Shown in pieces: positions 12,341 through 25,084 of a stretch of 64,000 nucleotides of DNA. Each line of letters begins with the position of its first letter. Position 1 is the first letter of the stretch. The stretch spans positions 14,770,153 to 14,834,152 of the forward strand of contig NC_057752.1 of NCBI RefSeq assembly GCF_004010195.1, given 5' to 3'. Source of the DNA: Chiloscyllium plagiosum. Lineage: Eukaryota. Both the position numbers and the translations under genes were made by a program. The notes beneath the pieces were generated by a model that was given only the letters and a program-made list of their open reading frames with translations, did no database searches and had not been told where the DNA came from.

Positions 12341-12905
12341 ATCATAAGAATTAGGAACAGGAGTATTCCCTTTGGCCCCCTCAAGCCTGTTCCACCATTC
12401 AGTAGGATAGTGGCTGATCCAACATTCCTCACATCCACAACCCTGGCTTTTCCCAGTAATCCTTAATTCCCTGACTGATGATGAATCTGTCTCAGCCTTA
12501 AATATACACAAGGACTCTGTCCAAAAGGTCTCTGCAGCAAGGAGTTCCATGAACACACAACCCTCTGAAAGAAGAAATTCCACCTCATCTCAGTCTCAAA
12601 TTGGTGCCCGTTAATTCTGAGACTATGCCCTCTGTTTGTAGGAGAAACATCCTCTTAGTATTTACTGTGTCAAGCCCTTTAAGAATCTGATTTGTTTCAA
12701 TGAGATCACCTCTCATTCTTCTAAATTCCAGTTGAGCCTTTGCTCATAACATAATTCTTCCATACCAGGGATCATCCTAATGAGCCTTCTCTGAACTGCT
12801 TCCAATGAAATGGCATCTTTCTTTAAATGAGGGGACGAAAGCTGCTCACAGCACTCCAGCTGTGGTCTCTCCAGCACCTTATCCAGTCGCAGGAAGACGT
12901 CCCTA
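12340..12905 (-). mobile_element. CR1-type LINE 3' fragment
   Basis: RPQLECCEQ..LKKDAISLEAVQRRLIRMIPG; ataagaattaggaacagg tail. Confidence 0.8.
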
Positions 12906-13316
12906 CTCTCATACTCTTTCCAAAATGTTTTCAAAGAAACATGAATGTAGAATTCGGTCAACCTTATTTCAAGGAAGTCTGGCCTCTGTGTTCAAATTGG
13001 TGTGTCCTGTCATTTTTCTTTGCGTAAGTCCTACATCGACCACCCCAAAAACATTTTCAACTTGAATTGTATACATGTCGGTAACTTCTGCACGGAGTTT
13101 TTGACAGATTTCCTCATTCATGCACCAGCCTTGCAGTTCTGCATATAGGCCGCTAGGTGACATCATGGAAGAGATGGGTTTACCTTCAGCTGGAGGACAC
13201 GGATCACACAACAACTACTTTTATTTAGCTCACACTTTCATTGCGTTAAACCATTTCAAAATGCTTCACAGAAGCATTATAAAATGAAAAACGAAAGGGC
13301 ACTGCTTGTCACTGAG

Positions 13317-13556
13317 GAGAAAGTGAGGTCTGCAGATGCTGGAGATCAGAGCTGAAAATGTGTTGCTGGAAAAGCGCAGCAGGTCAGGGAGCATCCAAGG
13401 AGCAGGAGAATCGACGTTTCGGACATGAGCCCTTCTTCAGGAATCTTTTCTTTTTCAGGAATCCTGAAGAAGGGCTCATGCCCGAAACGTCGATTCTCCT
13501 GCTCCTTGGATGCTGCCTGACCTGCTGCGCTTTTCCAGCAACACATTTTCAGCTCT
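13317..13556. mobile_element. Palindromic Penelope-derived mini-element, copy 2 (hammerhead motifs 13408-13445 minus, 13459-13496 plus)
   Basis: Inverted arms 13348-13556; central spacer is the exact reverse complement of the copy 1 spacer; no clean TSD. Confidence 0.85.
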
Positions 13557-13984
13557 TGTTAGACTGACTCTAGTAAAAGGTCTTCTCAGTAGCACTGAGG
13601 AGTGGGATGCCCTGGTAGTTACTGCATCGTCACACCTGAGGAGTAGTTGTTTGTTTGCGAGGATGGTTGAGTATTTAGGAGGATTAGTTAAGCCGGGGTG
13701 TTTGTTATATCTGGTCTGTGGGTATAGTTGTGTCTGAGCAGGATGGAAATTCCAATCAGGGAGTCAGTTGGGTTGGGTCAGAAGAAGGATAGTCTGATTG
13801 GATGGAAGGGATGTTTGGAGAGGTGGATATAAGTGCTGGGATGGTCAGGTGGCTCATTGGTAGTATCAAGAGGGTAATGGGGATGGATCAGTTGTGCAGC
13901 CACCCAGATGTTAGATGAGGATTTAAGCTGTCTAACATTTCTTTGGTATTTACATTCGCAGAGAATCTTGGAAAGCAGAGGAAT

Positions 13985-16690
13985 TAAACATAAGAACACA
14001 AGAACATAAGAACTCAGGGCAGGAGTCGGCCATTCAGTCCTTCGAGCCTGCTCCGCCATTCAATAAGTTCGTGGCTGATCTTTTCGTGGACTCAGATCCA
14101 CTTACCCGCCCTCTCACCACATCCTTTAGTTCCGTTATTGTTCAAAATAAATCTGCCTTAGCTTTAAACACACTTACTGAATTAGCGTCAACTACTTCCC
14201 TGGGCAAGGAATTCGATAGATTATCCAGCCTCTGGGTGAAGAAGTTCCTTCTCAACTCAGTTCTAAATCTGCTCCCTCTAATCTTGAGGCCATGCCCTCT
14301 TGTCCTAGTTTCACTTGCCAGTGGATGCATCCTCTCCACTTCTATCTAATCTATTCCCTTCATAATTTGATATGTTTCTATAAGATCCCCCCCTCATTCT
14401 TCTGAATTCCAATGAATATAATCCCAGTCTACACAGTCTCTCCGCATAAGCCAACCCCTCAACTCCAGAATCAACCTAGTTCACATCCTCTGCACCCCCT
14501 CCAGTGCCAGTACATCTTTTCTCAAGTAAGGAGACCAAAACTATACACAGTTTTCTGGGCGTGGCCTCACCAGCACCCTATACAGCTACAAGATAACCTC
14601 CCTGCTTTTAAACTCCATCCCTTGAGCAATGAAGGACAAAATTCCATTCGCCTTCCTCATCACTTGGACCTGAAGACCCACCTTCTGTGATTCATGCACA
14701 AGGACACCCAGGTCCCTCTGCATAGCAGCATGCTGCAACTTTTTACTATTCAAATAACAATCCTTTTTATTGTTACTCCCACCAAAATGGATGACTTCAC
14801 GTTTATTCCATCTGCCAGACCTTTGCCCCCTCATTCAATGTATCTAACTTCCTCTGCAAAGTTTCACAATCCCCTGCACACTTTGCTCTGCCACTCACCT
14901 TAGTATCATCTACAAACGTTGACACACAACACGTGGTCCCCAACTCCAAATCATCTACTACATAAATGGGGAATAATTGAGGTCCCAACACCGATCCCTG
15001 AGGCACACCACTAGTCACTGATTGCCAGCCAGAATAGCACTCATTGATCCCCACTCTTTGCTTCCTTTTAGTCCACCAATCGTCTATCCATGCTAATACT
15101 TTACCCCTAGCACCATGCGTCCTTACCTTATGCAGCAGCCTCATGTGCAGCACCTTCTCAAGGGCCTTTTGGAAATCTAGGGACACCACATCCACTGGGT
15201 CCCCTTTGTCAACCTTGCTCGTAATGCCTTCATAATATTCCAAAAGATTTATTAATCATGACCTGCCCTTCATGAACCCATTGCTGTGTCTGCCCAATGG
15301 GACAATTTCTATTGAGATGCCCTGCTATTTCTTCCTTGATAATAGACTCAAGCATTTTCCCTATGACAGAGGTTAAGCTAACCGATCGATCATTCACCAT
15401 CTTTTGTCTGCCTCCCTTTTTAAACAGTGGCGTCACATTTGCTGCTTTCCAATCTGCTGGGACTGCCCCAGAGCCCAGCAAATTTTGGAAAATTACCACT
15501 AGTGCACTTGCTATTTCTCCCACATCTCTTTTAGTATGCTGGGATGCATTCCATCAGGGCCAGGAGATTTGTCTATCCTTAGCTCCATTAGTTTGCCCAA
15601 CACTCCCTCTTCCATAATAATGATTGTTACCAGGTCCTCACCTACCATACTCTGTTTGTCAATTACTGACATGTTATTAGTGTCCTCCACAGTGAAGACC
15701 GATACAAAATACCTATTCAATGCCGTGCCAACATTTGCTTTAGCCACTCTTTTTCATTTTATCTATTTATAGTAGCTGTTTGTATATTCTGTGCTAGGTT
15801 TTTCTCATGTTCTACCTTACTTTTCTTAATAGCTCTATTTGTTGCTTTCTGTTGACCTTTAAAATTTTCCCAATCTTCTAGTTTCATGCTGTTTTTGGTG
15901 ACTTTTTATGCCTTCTCTTTCACTTTGATAGCCTTCCATATTTCCTTAGACACCCATGGCAGATTACTCCTTTTCTTACACTCCTTCCTTTTCCCTGGAA
16001 TATACTTTTGCTGAGCACATTGCAAAATTGCTTTGAAAGTCCTCCACTGCTCGTTAACTGTCCCACCATAAAATCTTTGTTTCCAGTTTACTTTAGCCAA
16101 GTCCTCCCTTGTTCAAGCACAGGACCCCTGGTATTGGATTTTATCTTCACACTCTCCATCTGTATTCTAAATTCAACCATACTGTGATCACTCCTTCCAA
16201 GAGGACCCATTACTGTGAGTTCATTAATTATTCCTGTCTCATTACACAGGACCAGATCTAGGATAGCTTGCTCCCTCATCAGTTCCATACTGTTCAAGAA
16301 AACTATCATGGATACACACAACAAACCCCCCCTCAAGGCTACCCTGACCAAGCTGGTTCAACCAATTTGTAGATTAAAATCCCTCATGATAATAGCCGTA
16401 CCATTTTTACAGGCATTACTTATTTTCATTGTACTGCCCGCCCCAATGTGATATTATTATTTGGTGGCCTATGGACTACGCTTATTAGTGACTTTTTCTT
16501 CTTAGAATTTCTAATTTTCACCCAGATGCATTCAACCTAATTCTCCATAGAACCTATAGAACTGCCCTCATGCCATCCTTGAATTTCAGAGCTGCACCAC
16601 CTCCCTTACTTTCTTGTCTGTCCTTCCGAGTAGTCTGGTACCCCTGGATATTTAACTGCCAGTCATGACCATCCTGAACCATGTCTCCGT
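13985..16690 (-). mobile_element. CR1-type LINE ORF2 (EN-RT, frameshifted) with 3' tail; most of it is an inverted duplicate of 19892-22110
   Basis: ORFs 14803..15243 ([17 protein letters not shown]), 15230..15523, 16088..16351 (ILDLVL..SDH); acataagaac tail. Confidence 0.9.
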
Positions 16691-16811
16691 GATGGCCATT
16701 AGTCAAAATTTTAAACTTTCCAGACAATTCCCACAAAAGTCTACACGTCAGGGCTTCCACAGAGTCCCAATGTGCATCTTTCATCATACATCCAGTCACT
16801 GATGACCTGGA

Positions 16812-17059
16812 ACGTGTATAGGGACTGGATATCCATGGTACAGTCACAACATAACCTCCCTGCTTTTAAACTCCGTCCCTTGAGCAATGAAGGACAAAAT
16901 TCCATTCGCCTTCCTCATCACTCGTACCTTCTGTGATTCATGCACAAGGACACCCAGGTCCCTCTGCACAGCAGCATGCTGCAACTTTTTACCATTCAAA
17001 TAACAATCCTTTTTATTATTACTCCCACCAAAATGGATGACTTCACGTTTATTCCATCT
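16812..17059 (-). repeat. 248-bp inverted copy of 21890-22137
   Basis: Reverse-complement match including the right-copy-specific 12-bp deletion and the CR1/Penelope junction. Confidence 0.92.
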
Positions 17060-17419
17060 CAAGTTAGGTGCATACCCAACTTTATTTGAGATATTCTTCC
17101 TGAATTTTGTTGCTGTTATTATTATGGAATGCATCATATGCCTCCTTTTACTTCCTTATTTTCTCATCAAATCCTTAGTCATCAGAGGTACTCTGCCTTT
17201 ATTTATTTATTTCTCATGGGTATGCACCTAACTTGTTTCTTATTCATCTCTCTTGAATGCCTCCCATTTTTTATCCACTGTATTATCCATTAAGATATAC
17301 TCCTGAACAGCCTCCAGTTCAACTTTAAATTCCCAAAATCTGCCCTTTTCCAATCTGGGATCTTAATCCCTACTCCTTTTTATCCTTATCCTTTTTAACC
17401 TTCTATTATAGATAACCGT

Positions 17420-17681
17420 AAAGTGTGGAGACAGGCCATTCAGCTCACACTTACCCTCCAAAGAGCACCCCTTACCCTATCCCTATAACCTTGCATTTCC
17501 CAAGGCTAATCCACCTAGTCTGCACCATCGGGCAATTTGGCATGGTCAATCCACCTAACCTGGACATCTCTGGAAAACCACACAGACACAGGGAGAACGT
17601 ACAAACTCCACACAGAGGCTGGAATCGACTCCAGGTTCCTGGCAATGTGAGGCAGCAGTGCTAACCGCTGAGCCACCATGT
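17420..17681 (-). mobile_element. HE1-type SINE (older copy)
   Basis: Reverse complement of the tRNA-like head and the TGTGTGGAGTTTG..TTCTCCC core. Confidence 0.8.
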
Positions 17682-18036
17682 CATGTTTTTTATGATCGCT
17701 ATTTCCGAAATGCTTCCCCACTCTGCCATTCTTCACTTGGCCTGACTCATTTACAGAACCAGTTCCAGCACAGCTTCCTCTCTTAGGAATTCAGGAGTGG
17801 CACAGAACTTCCACAGCATCTCTCTGGAAATGAACTGTTCTAGAAATCTACTGTTCCAGAAAGTTCTCCTGCATTCACTGTAGGAATTTCTCCCCTTCCT
17901 TACCCCACACTCTACCTTTCTCCCCAGTCGACCATAGGGCAATTTAAATCATGGTCCTACTTGTCCTGCAGGTTTCCACAATCTGCTGACAAATGTTATC
18001 TTCTAAATCTTCTCCACTATTTAGAGGTCTATAATA

Positions 18037-18341
18037 TTAGATTAGATTACTTACAGTGTGGAAACAGGACCTTCGGCCCAACAAATCCACACCGAAGCGC
18101 GACCGACCCAGAACCATTCCCCTACGTTTACCCCTGCACCTATGGGCAATTTAGCATGACCAATTCACCTAACCTGCACATTTTTGGACTGTGGGAGGAA
18201 ACCGGAGCACCTGGAGGAAACCCGCGCAGACACGGGGAGAATGTGCAAACTCCACACAGTCAGTCGCCTGAGGCGGGAATTGAACCAGAGTCTCTGGCGC
18301 TGTGAGGCAGCAGTGCTAACCACTGTGTCACCGTGCCGCCC
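18037..18341 (-). mobile_element. HE1-type SINE, full length
   Basis: GGGCGGCACGGTG head with A/B-box-like motifs, core, and TAATC tail on the minus strand. Confidence 0.9.
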
Positions 18342-19094
18342 ATATATCTAGTAAGGTCACTGTCCCCTTCCTGTTTCTCACCTCAAGCCATATAGATTCT
18401 AATTCAGGAACTCCATCAAATTCAAGGGCAATGATACTATCTTTGACTAAGACTGCTTCACCTCCTTTTTTACCCACCAGTTCCTGGGATGACAAATATC
18501 CAGTCCTATTCTGGTTTGAGCCATGTTTCTGTCAATGCTACTATGCTGTATCCCCCACAGCAGTTTTAGCTTCCAGTTCCCCAGTTTTGTTCACTATACT
18601 CCATTCATTTACATATATTCAATTTAATGCTGCCCTTATTTCTTTCTTGCCCATTGGGAGCAATCATTTCTTTATTCATTGTCAACACACATTGCCTTCC
18701 CTCACTTCCCTTTCCCCGTTCCTCATCTTCTCTCTTTTGCCCTCTTTGGTAATTCCAAAACTAGGAATTAGTCAACCCGCCCCCATCTTACAAGTTTAAA
18801 TCTATTTCTACTACACTATTTACTCTCTCAGTCAGGAGATTAGTTCCATTCTGGCTCAGGTGAAACCCAGCTTTTCAGAATAGCTTTCTCCTTTCCTAGA
18901 ACCAATCCCAATGTCCCTCCACACCATCCCACAAGCCGTGCATTTTTATAAGTTTGATTTATTTATTGTCATGCGTATCTTGTTACAAAATACAGTGAAA
19001 ATTGTTGTATAGTGTTGCCACTCTCCAGTGCTATCTTCAAACACAGAAAAATGAACCTACATATAGAACATAAAGGCAGTACAATAAAGAAAGT

Positions 19095-19380
19095 ATCCAA
19101 TGGATGTGGGTTTGCTCGCTGAGCTGGAGGGTTCATTTCCAGAAGTTTTGTCACCCTACTAGGTAACATCTTCAGTGGGCCTCCAGGCGAAGCACTGCCC
19201 CTGATTCCCACTTTCTATTTATATGTTTGGGTTTCTTTGGGTTGGGTGATGTCATTTCCTGTTCTTTTTCTCAGGGGGTGATAGATGGGGTATAACTCTA
19301 TGTGTTTGTTAATAGAGTTCCAGTTGGAATGCCATGCTTCTCGGAATTCCAAACGGAACTCTATCAACAAACACATCGAG
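19095..19380 (-). mobile_element. Penelope-like element 3' end (GIY-YIG C-terminus, degenerate hammerhead, 5' inversion)
   Basis: FREAWHSNWNSINKHIELYPIYHPLR; minus strand CTGAAGA-tgttacc tagtag ggtgac-AAAA-cttc at ~19144-19178; inverted repeat ~19300-19378. Confidence 0.75.
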
Positions 19381-20009
19381 AGATAAGTTAAATGAAATAG
19401 AAGAAGAAAAAAAAATGAGAAAGAGAAAAAAAACAAAAGAAATGAAAATAAAAGCAGATAGAGCGGACAAGCCCCAGGCACAGAAGCCCTATTCCATCAC
19501 CATTTACCCCCCAATCTGCCTTTGCCGAAATGATGAAGCTTGTGGCACAGGTAGTATTTCTGAGATTACTAACTGGAGGTGTTGCATTTCAACCCACTTC
19601 ACAGCTCCTGAAACCAATCCAACAAATCCTCCAAGCTGTCCCTCCCTGTGTCATTGGTTCTCACATAAGCAACAACCTCTAGTTGTTCACCTCTGTTTCC
19701 AGGGGTTTATCCAGCTGTTCTGTTCTGTCCCAAAACCTTGCACCACATCCACTGGGTCCCCTGACCATAAGGACTCAGGATCTCAGCTGTAAACTAGACT
19801 GTCCATCCCTCAAACAGTTTCTTTTACATTGTGTTGGAACAGGCATAAAGATTTGCATTTTTGCCCAAGTATATTAAAAATGCTTACGATCTCCAGGTCA
19901 TCAGTGACTGGATGTATGATGAAAGATGCACATTGGGACTCTGTGGAAGCCCTGACGTGTAGACTTTTGTGGGAATTGTCTGGAAAGTTTAAAATTTTGA
20001 CTAATGGCC

Positions 20010-22105
20010 ATCACGGAGACATGGTTCAGGATGGTCATGACTGGCAGTTAAATATCCAGGGGTACCAGACTACTCGGAAGGACAGACAAGAAAGTAAGGG
20101 AGGTGGTGCAGCTCTGAAATTCAAGGATGGCATGAGGGCAGTTCTATAGGTTCTATGGAGAATTAGGTTGAATGCATCTGGGTGAAAATTAGAAATTCTA
20201 AGAAGAAAAAGTCACTAATAAGCGTAGTCCATAGGCCACCAAATAATAATATCACATTGGGGCGGGCAGTACAATGAAAATAAGTAATGCCTGTAAAAAT
20301 GGTACGGCTATTATCATGAGGGATTTTAATCTACAAATTGGTTGAACCAGCTTGGTCAGGGTAGCCTTGAGGGGGGGTTTGTTGTGTGTATCCATGATAG
20401 TTTTCTTGAACAGTATGGAACTGATGAGGGAGCAAGCTATCCTAGATCTGGTCCTGTGTAATGAGACAGGAATAATTAATGAACTCACAGTAATGGGTCC
20501 TCTTGGAAGGAGTGATCACAGTATGGTTGAATTTAGAATACAGATGGAGAGTGTGAAGATAAAATCCAATACCAGGGGTCCTGTGCTTGAACAAGGGAGG
20601 ACTTGGCTAAAGTAAACTGGAAACAAAGATTTTATGGTGGGACAGTTAACGAGCAGTGGAGGACTTTCAAAGCAATTTTGCAATGTGCTCAGCAAAAGTA
20701 TATTCCAGGGAAAAGGAAGGAGTGTAAGAAAAGGAGTAATCTGCCATGGGTGTCTAAGGAAATATGGAAGGCTATCAAAGTGAAAGAGAAGGCATAAAAA
20801 GTCGCCAAAAACAGCATGAAACTAGAAGATTGGGAAAATTTTAAAGGTCAACAGAAAGCAACAAATAGAGCTCTTAAGAAAAGTAAGGTAGAACATGAGA
20901 AAAACCTAGCACAGAATATACAAACAGCTACTATAAATAGATAAAATGAAAAAGAGTGGCTAAAGCAAATGTTGGCATGGCATTGAATAGGTATTTTGTA
21001 TCGGTCTTCACTGTGGAGGACACTAATAACATGTCAGTAATTGACAAACAGAGTATGGTAGGTGAGGACCTGGTAACAATCATTATTATGGAAGAGGGAG
21101 TGTTGGGCAAACTAATGGAGCTAAGGATAGACAAATCTCCTGGCCCTGATGGAATGCATCCCAGCATACTAAAAGAGATGTGGGAGAAATAGCAAGTGCA
21201 CTAGTGGTAATTTTCCAAAATTTGCTGGGCTCTGGGGCAGTCCCAGCAGATTGGAAAGCAGCAAATGTGACGCCACTGTTTAAAAAGGGAGGCAGACAAA
21301 AGATGGTGAATGATCGATCGGTTAGCTTAACCTCTGTCATAGGGAAAATGCTTGAGTCTATTATCAAGGAAGAAATAGCAGGGCATCTCAATAGAAATTG
21401 TCCCATTGGGCAGACACAGCAATGGGTTCATGAAGGGCAGGTCATGATTAATAAATCTTTTGGAATATTATGAAGGCATTACGAGCAAGGTTGACAAAGG
21501 GGACCCAGTGGATGTGGTGTCCCTAGATTTCCAAAAGGCCCTTGAGAAGGTGCTGCACATGAGGCTGCTGCATAAGGTAAGGACGCATGGTGCTAGGGGT
21601 AAAGTATTAGCATGGATAGACGATTGGTGGACTAAAAGGAAGCAAAGAGTGGGGATCAATGAGTGCTATTCTGGCTGGCAATCAGTGACTAGTGGTGTGC
21701 CTCAGGGATCGGTGTTGGGACCTCAATTATTCCCCATTTATGTAGTAGATGATTTGGAGTTGGGGACCACGTGTTGTGTGTCAACGTTTGTAGATGATAC
21801 TAAGGTGAGTGGCAGAGCAAAGTGTGCAGGGGATTGTGAAACTTTGCAGAGGAAGTTAGATACATTGAATGAGGGGGCAAAGGTCTGGCAGATGGAATAA
21901 ACGTGAAGTCATCCATTTTGGTGGGAGTAATAATAAAAAGGATTGTTATTTGAATGGTAAAAAGTTGCAGCATGCTGCTGTGCAGAGGGACCTGGGTGTC
22001 CTTGTGCATGAATCACAGAAGGTACGAGTGATGAGGAAGGCGAATGGAATTTTGTCCTTCATTGCTCAAGGGACGGAGTTTAAAAGCAGGGAGGTTATGT
22101 TGTGA
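20010..22105 (+). mobile_element. CR1-type LINE ORF2 (EN-RT), 3' truncated
   Basis: ORFs 20352..20615, 21180..21473 and 21460..21900 with CR1 motifs; mirror of 14600-16690. Confidence 0.9.
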
Positions 22106-22268
22106 CTGTACCATGGATATCCAGTCCCTATACACGTCTATTCCCCATGGAGAAGGCCTACAAGCCTTATGTTTCTTCCTCTCCCGTGGCCTAACCAGTC
22201 CCTCTACACTGACTCACTCATTCAATTGTCGAAACTGGTCCTTACCCTCAACAACTTCTCCTTCGAAG
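22105..22268 (+). mobile_element. Penelope-like RT fragment
   Basis: TMDIQSLYTSIPHGEGLQAL..LIQLSKLVLTLNNFSF, typical of PLE RT. Confidence 0.75.
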
Positions 22269-22289
22269 TTCTCCTCCTATCAACTATTT

Positions 22290-25083
22290 ACACAGTCAAT
22301 AGGGCAAAGAGATGGGTTAAAGTGTGCCTGTTTCAAATCAAGGAGTGTCAGGAATAAGAGTGATGAACTTAGATCAGTACGTGGAACTATGATATCGTGG
22401 CCACAACGAAAACATGGCACAGGGGCAAGAATGGTTGCGGGATGTTCCAGGGCTGAGATCTTTTAAAAAGAACTGGGGGGGGGGGTGCAAAATAGGAGGG
22501 GGAGTAGCATTGTTAATTAGAGAGTGCATCACAGCTGCAGAAAAGGAGGTTATTGAGGAGGGTTTGTCTACTAAGTCAGTATGGGTGGAAGTCAGTAACG
22601 GGAAAGGAGCAGTCACTTTATTGGGTGTTTTCTATAGACCCGTCAAGAGCAGCAGAGAGATGGAAGTACAGATTGGACAGCAGATCTTGTAAAAGGTGCA
22701 GATGTAACAGAGTGGTTCTTACACGTGACTTCAATTTCCCCAATATTGATTGGAACCTCCTTAGTGCAGATGGTCTGGATGGAGCCGATTTTGTCAGGTG
22801 TGTCCAGGAGGGATTCCTGACTCAATATGTGGAGCGGCCAACTTGGGGGGAGGCCACATTGGATTTGGTGCAAGGCAACGAGCCAGGCCAGGTGTGAGAT
22901 CTCTCGGTTGGACAGCATTTTGGTGACAGTGACCACAACAGTATGAGATAGGGATAGACAGTATGGGAAGGTATTTAACTGGGGGAGGGAAAATTATACT
23001 GCTGTTAGACAGGAGCTGTGGAGTATAAATTGGGAACAATTGTTTCACATGAAAGGCACAACAGAAACGTGGAGGCTATTTAAGGAGGACTTGTTGCGAG
23101 TGTTGGATAACTTTGTCCCACTGAGACAGGCAAGGAATGGTAAGGTGGAGGAGCTTTGGATGACAAGAGCAGAGGAGCTTCACGTCAAAAGGAAGAAGGA
23201 GCTTAGTTAAGGTTGTGGAAGCAAGGTTCTGGCACAGCTTTACAGGATGACAGGATAGCTAGGCAAGAACTCAACAATGGACTGAGGAGAGCGAGGAGGG
23301 GGCACGAAAAAGTCTTGGCGGGAAGGATTAGGGAAAACCCAAAGGCATTCTACACTAACATGAGAAATAAGAGAATGATCAGAGAGAGGGCAGGGCCAAT
23401 CAGGGATAGTGGAGGGAACATGTGCCCGGAGTCTGAAGAGGTAAGGAAGGTCCTATATGAGTTTTTTGTTTCAGTATTCACTAGAGAGAGGGACCTTGTT
23501 GATAGTGGGAACACCGTGAACCAGGTTAATAGGCTTGAACAGATTGATATTAAGGAATTGGATTTGCTGGAAATTCTGGGAAGCATCAAGATAGATAAGT
23601 CCCCAGGGCTGGATCAGATATATCAAGGTTACTTTGGGAAGCGAGGAATGAGATTGCTATGCCTCTGGCAATGATCTTTGCTTTCTCTATCTCCACAGGA
23701 GTAGTACCAGCAGATTGGAGGGAGGCGAGTGTTGTTCCTCTGTTCAAGAAAGGGCATAGGGAAACCCTAATTACAGACAATTCATATGTTTGTGGTAAGC
23801 AAGGTACGAGAAAGGATTCTGAAAGATCGGATCTATGAAGATTTGGAAAAACATAGTTTGATTAAAGATAGTCAGCATGGCTCTGTGAGGGGCAGGTCAT
23901 GCCTTACAAGCCTTATTGAGATCTTTGAGGTTGTGATGAGACAAGTTGACGAAGGTCAAGCAATGGATGTGGTGTATTTGGATTTCAGGAAGGCATTTGA
24001 TAAGGTTCCCCACAGTACGCTCATTCAGAAAGTTAGGAGGTATGGGATCTGGCTGTCTGGAAACAGAATTGGCTGACCGAAAGAAGACAGTGAGTGGCAG
24101 TGGATGGAAAGTATTCCGCCTGGAGGTCGGTGTCCAGTTGTGTCCTGCAGGGATCTGTTCTTGGGCCTCTGGGATGCAGAAGTGGAAGGGTGGGTTAGTA
24201 AGTTTGCTGATGACACAAAGGTTGGTGGAGTTGAAGATAGTGTCGAGGGCTGTTTCAGGCTACAACAAGACATTGACAGGATGCAGAGCTGGGCTGAGAA
24301 ATGGCAGATGGCGTTCAACTTGGAGAAATGTGAATGGATTAATTTTGGAAGGTCAAATTTGAATACTGAATACAGGGTTAAAGATAGGATTCTTGACAGT
24401 GTGGAGGAACAGCGGAATCTTGGGATCCACATACATAGATCCCTCAAGGTTGCTACCCAAGTTGCTAGGGGTATTAAGAAGGCATTTGGTGTTTTGGCTT
24501 TCATTAACAGGGGGATTGAGTTTAAGAGCTGCGAGGTTTTGTTGTGGCTCTATGAAATCCTGGCTAGACCACACTTGGAATACTTTGTACAGTTCTGGTT
24601 ACCTCATTATAGGAAGGATATAGATACTTTACAGAAGTTGCAGAGGAGATTTACCAGGATGATGCCTGGATTGGAGGGTTTGTCTTATGAAGAGAGGTTG
24701 AATGAGCTAGGCTTTTTCACACTGGAGAGAAGGAGGAAGAGAGGTGACTTGACAGAGTGTACAAGGTAACGTGAAGCATAGATAGAGTAGATAGCCAGAG
24801 ATATTTCCCCAGTGCAGAAATGGCTGTCACAAGTAGTCATAATTTTAAGGTGATTGGAGGAAGGTATAGGGGAGATGTCAGAGGTAGATTCTTTCTACAG
24901 AGAGTGGGTGCGTGGATTGCACTGCCAGCTGTGGTAGTAGAGTCAGAGACATTAGGGACTGCTGGACAAGCACATGGACGGCAGTAAATCGAGGGGTGTG
25001 TAGGTTGGGTTGATCTTAGATTAAGATAAATGCTCGGCACAACATCGTGGGCTGAAGGGCCTGTACTGTTCTATGTTCTATGT
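22290..25083 (+). mobile_element. Nearly complete but frameshifted CR1-type LINE ORF2 with 3' tail
   Basis: EN motifs (GGGVALLI, GVFYRP, DFNFPNIDW), RT motifs (YLDFRKAFDKVPH, FADDTK, RPHLEY), ttctatgttctatg tail. Confidence 0.92.
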
Positions 25084-25084
25084 C

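Noticed and set aside
12969..13214. Possible IGFBP-family exon (IGFBP6 neighbours SPRYD3 in human, from recall)
   Set aside because: No PNC or CWCV motifs in any frame I checked; cannot be supported.
13560..13920. G-rich, strand-skewed ggatgg-like stretch
   Set aside because: Low-complexity decayed simple repeat with no clear unit or function.
22290..25083. Possible active LINE
   Set aside because: Multiple frameshifts and stops; no ORF1 seen.
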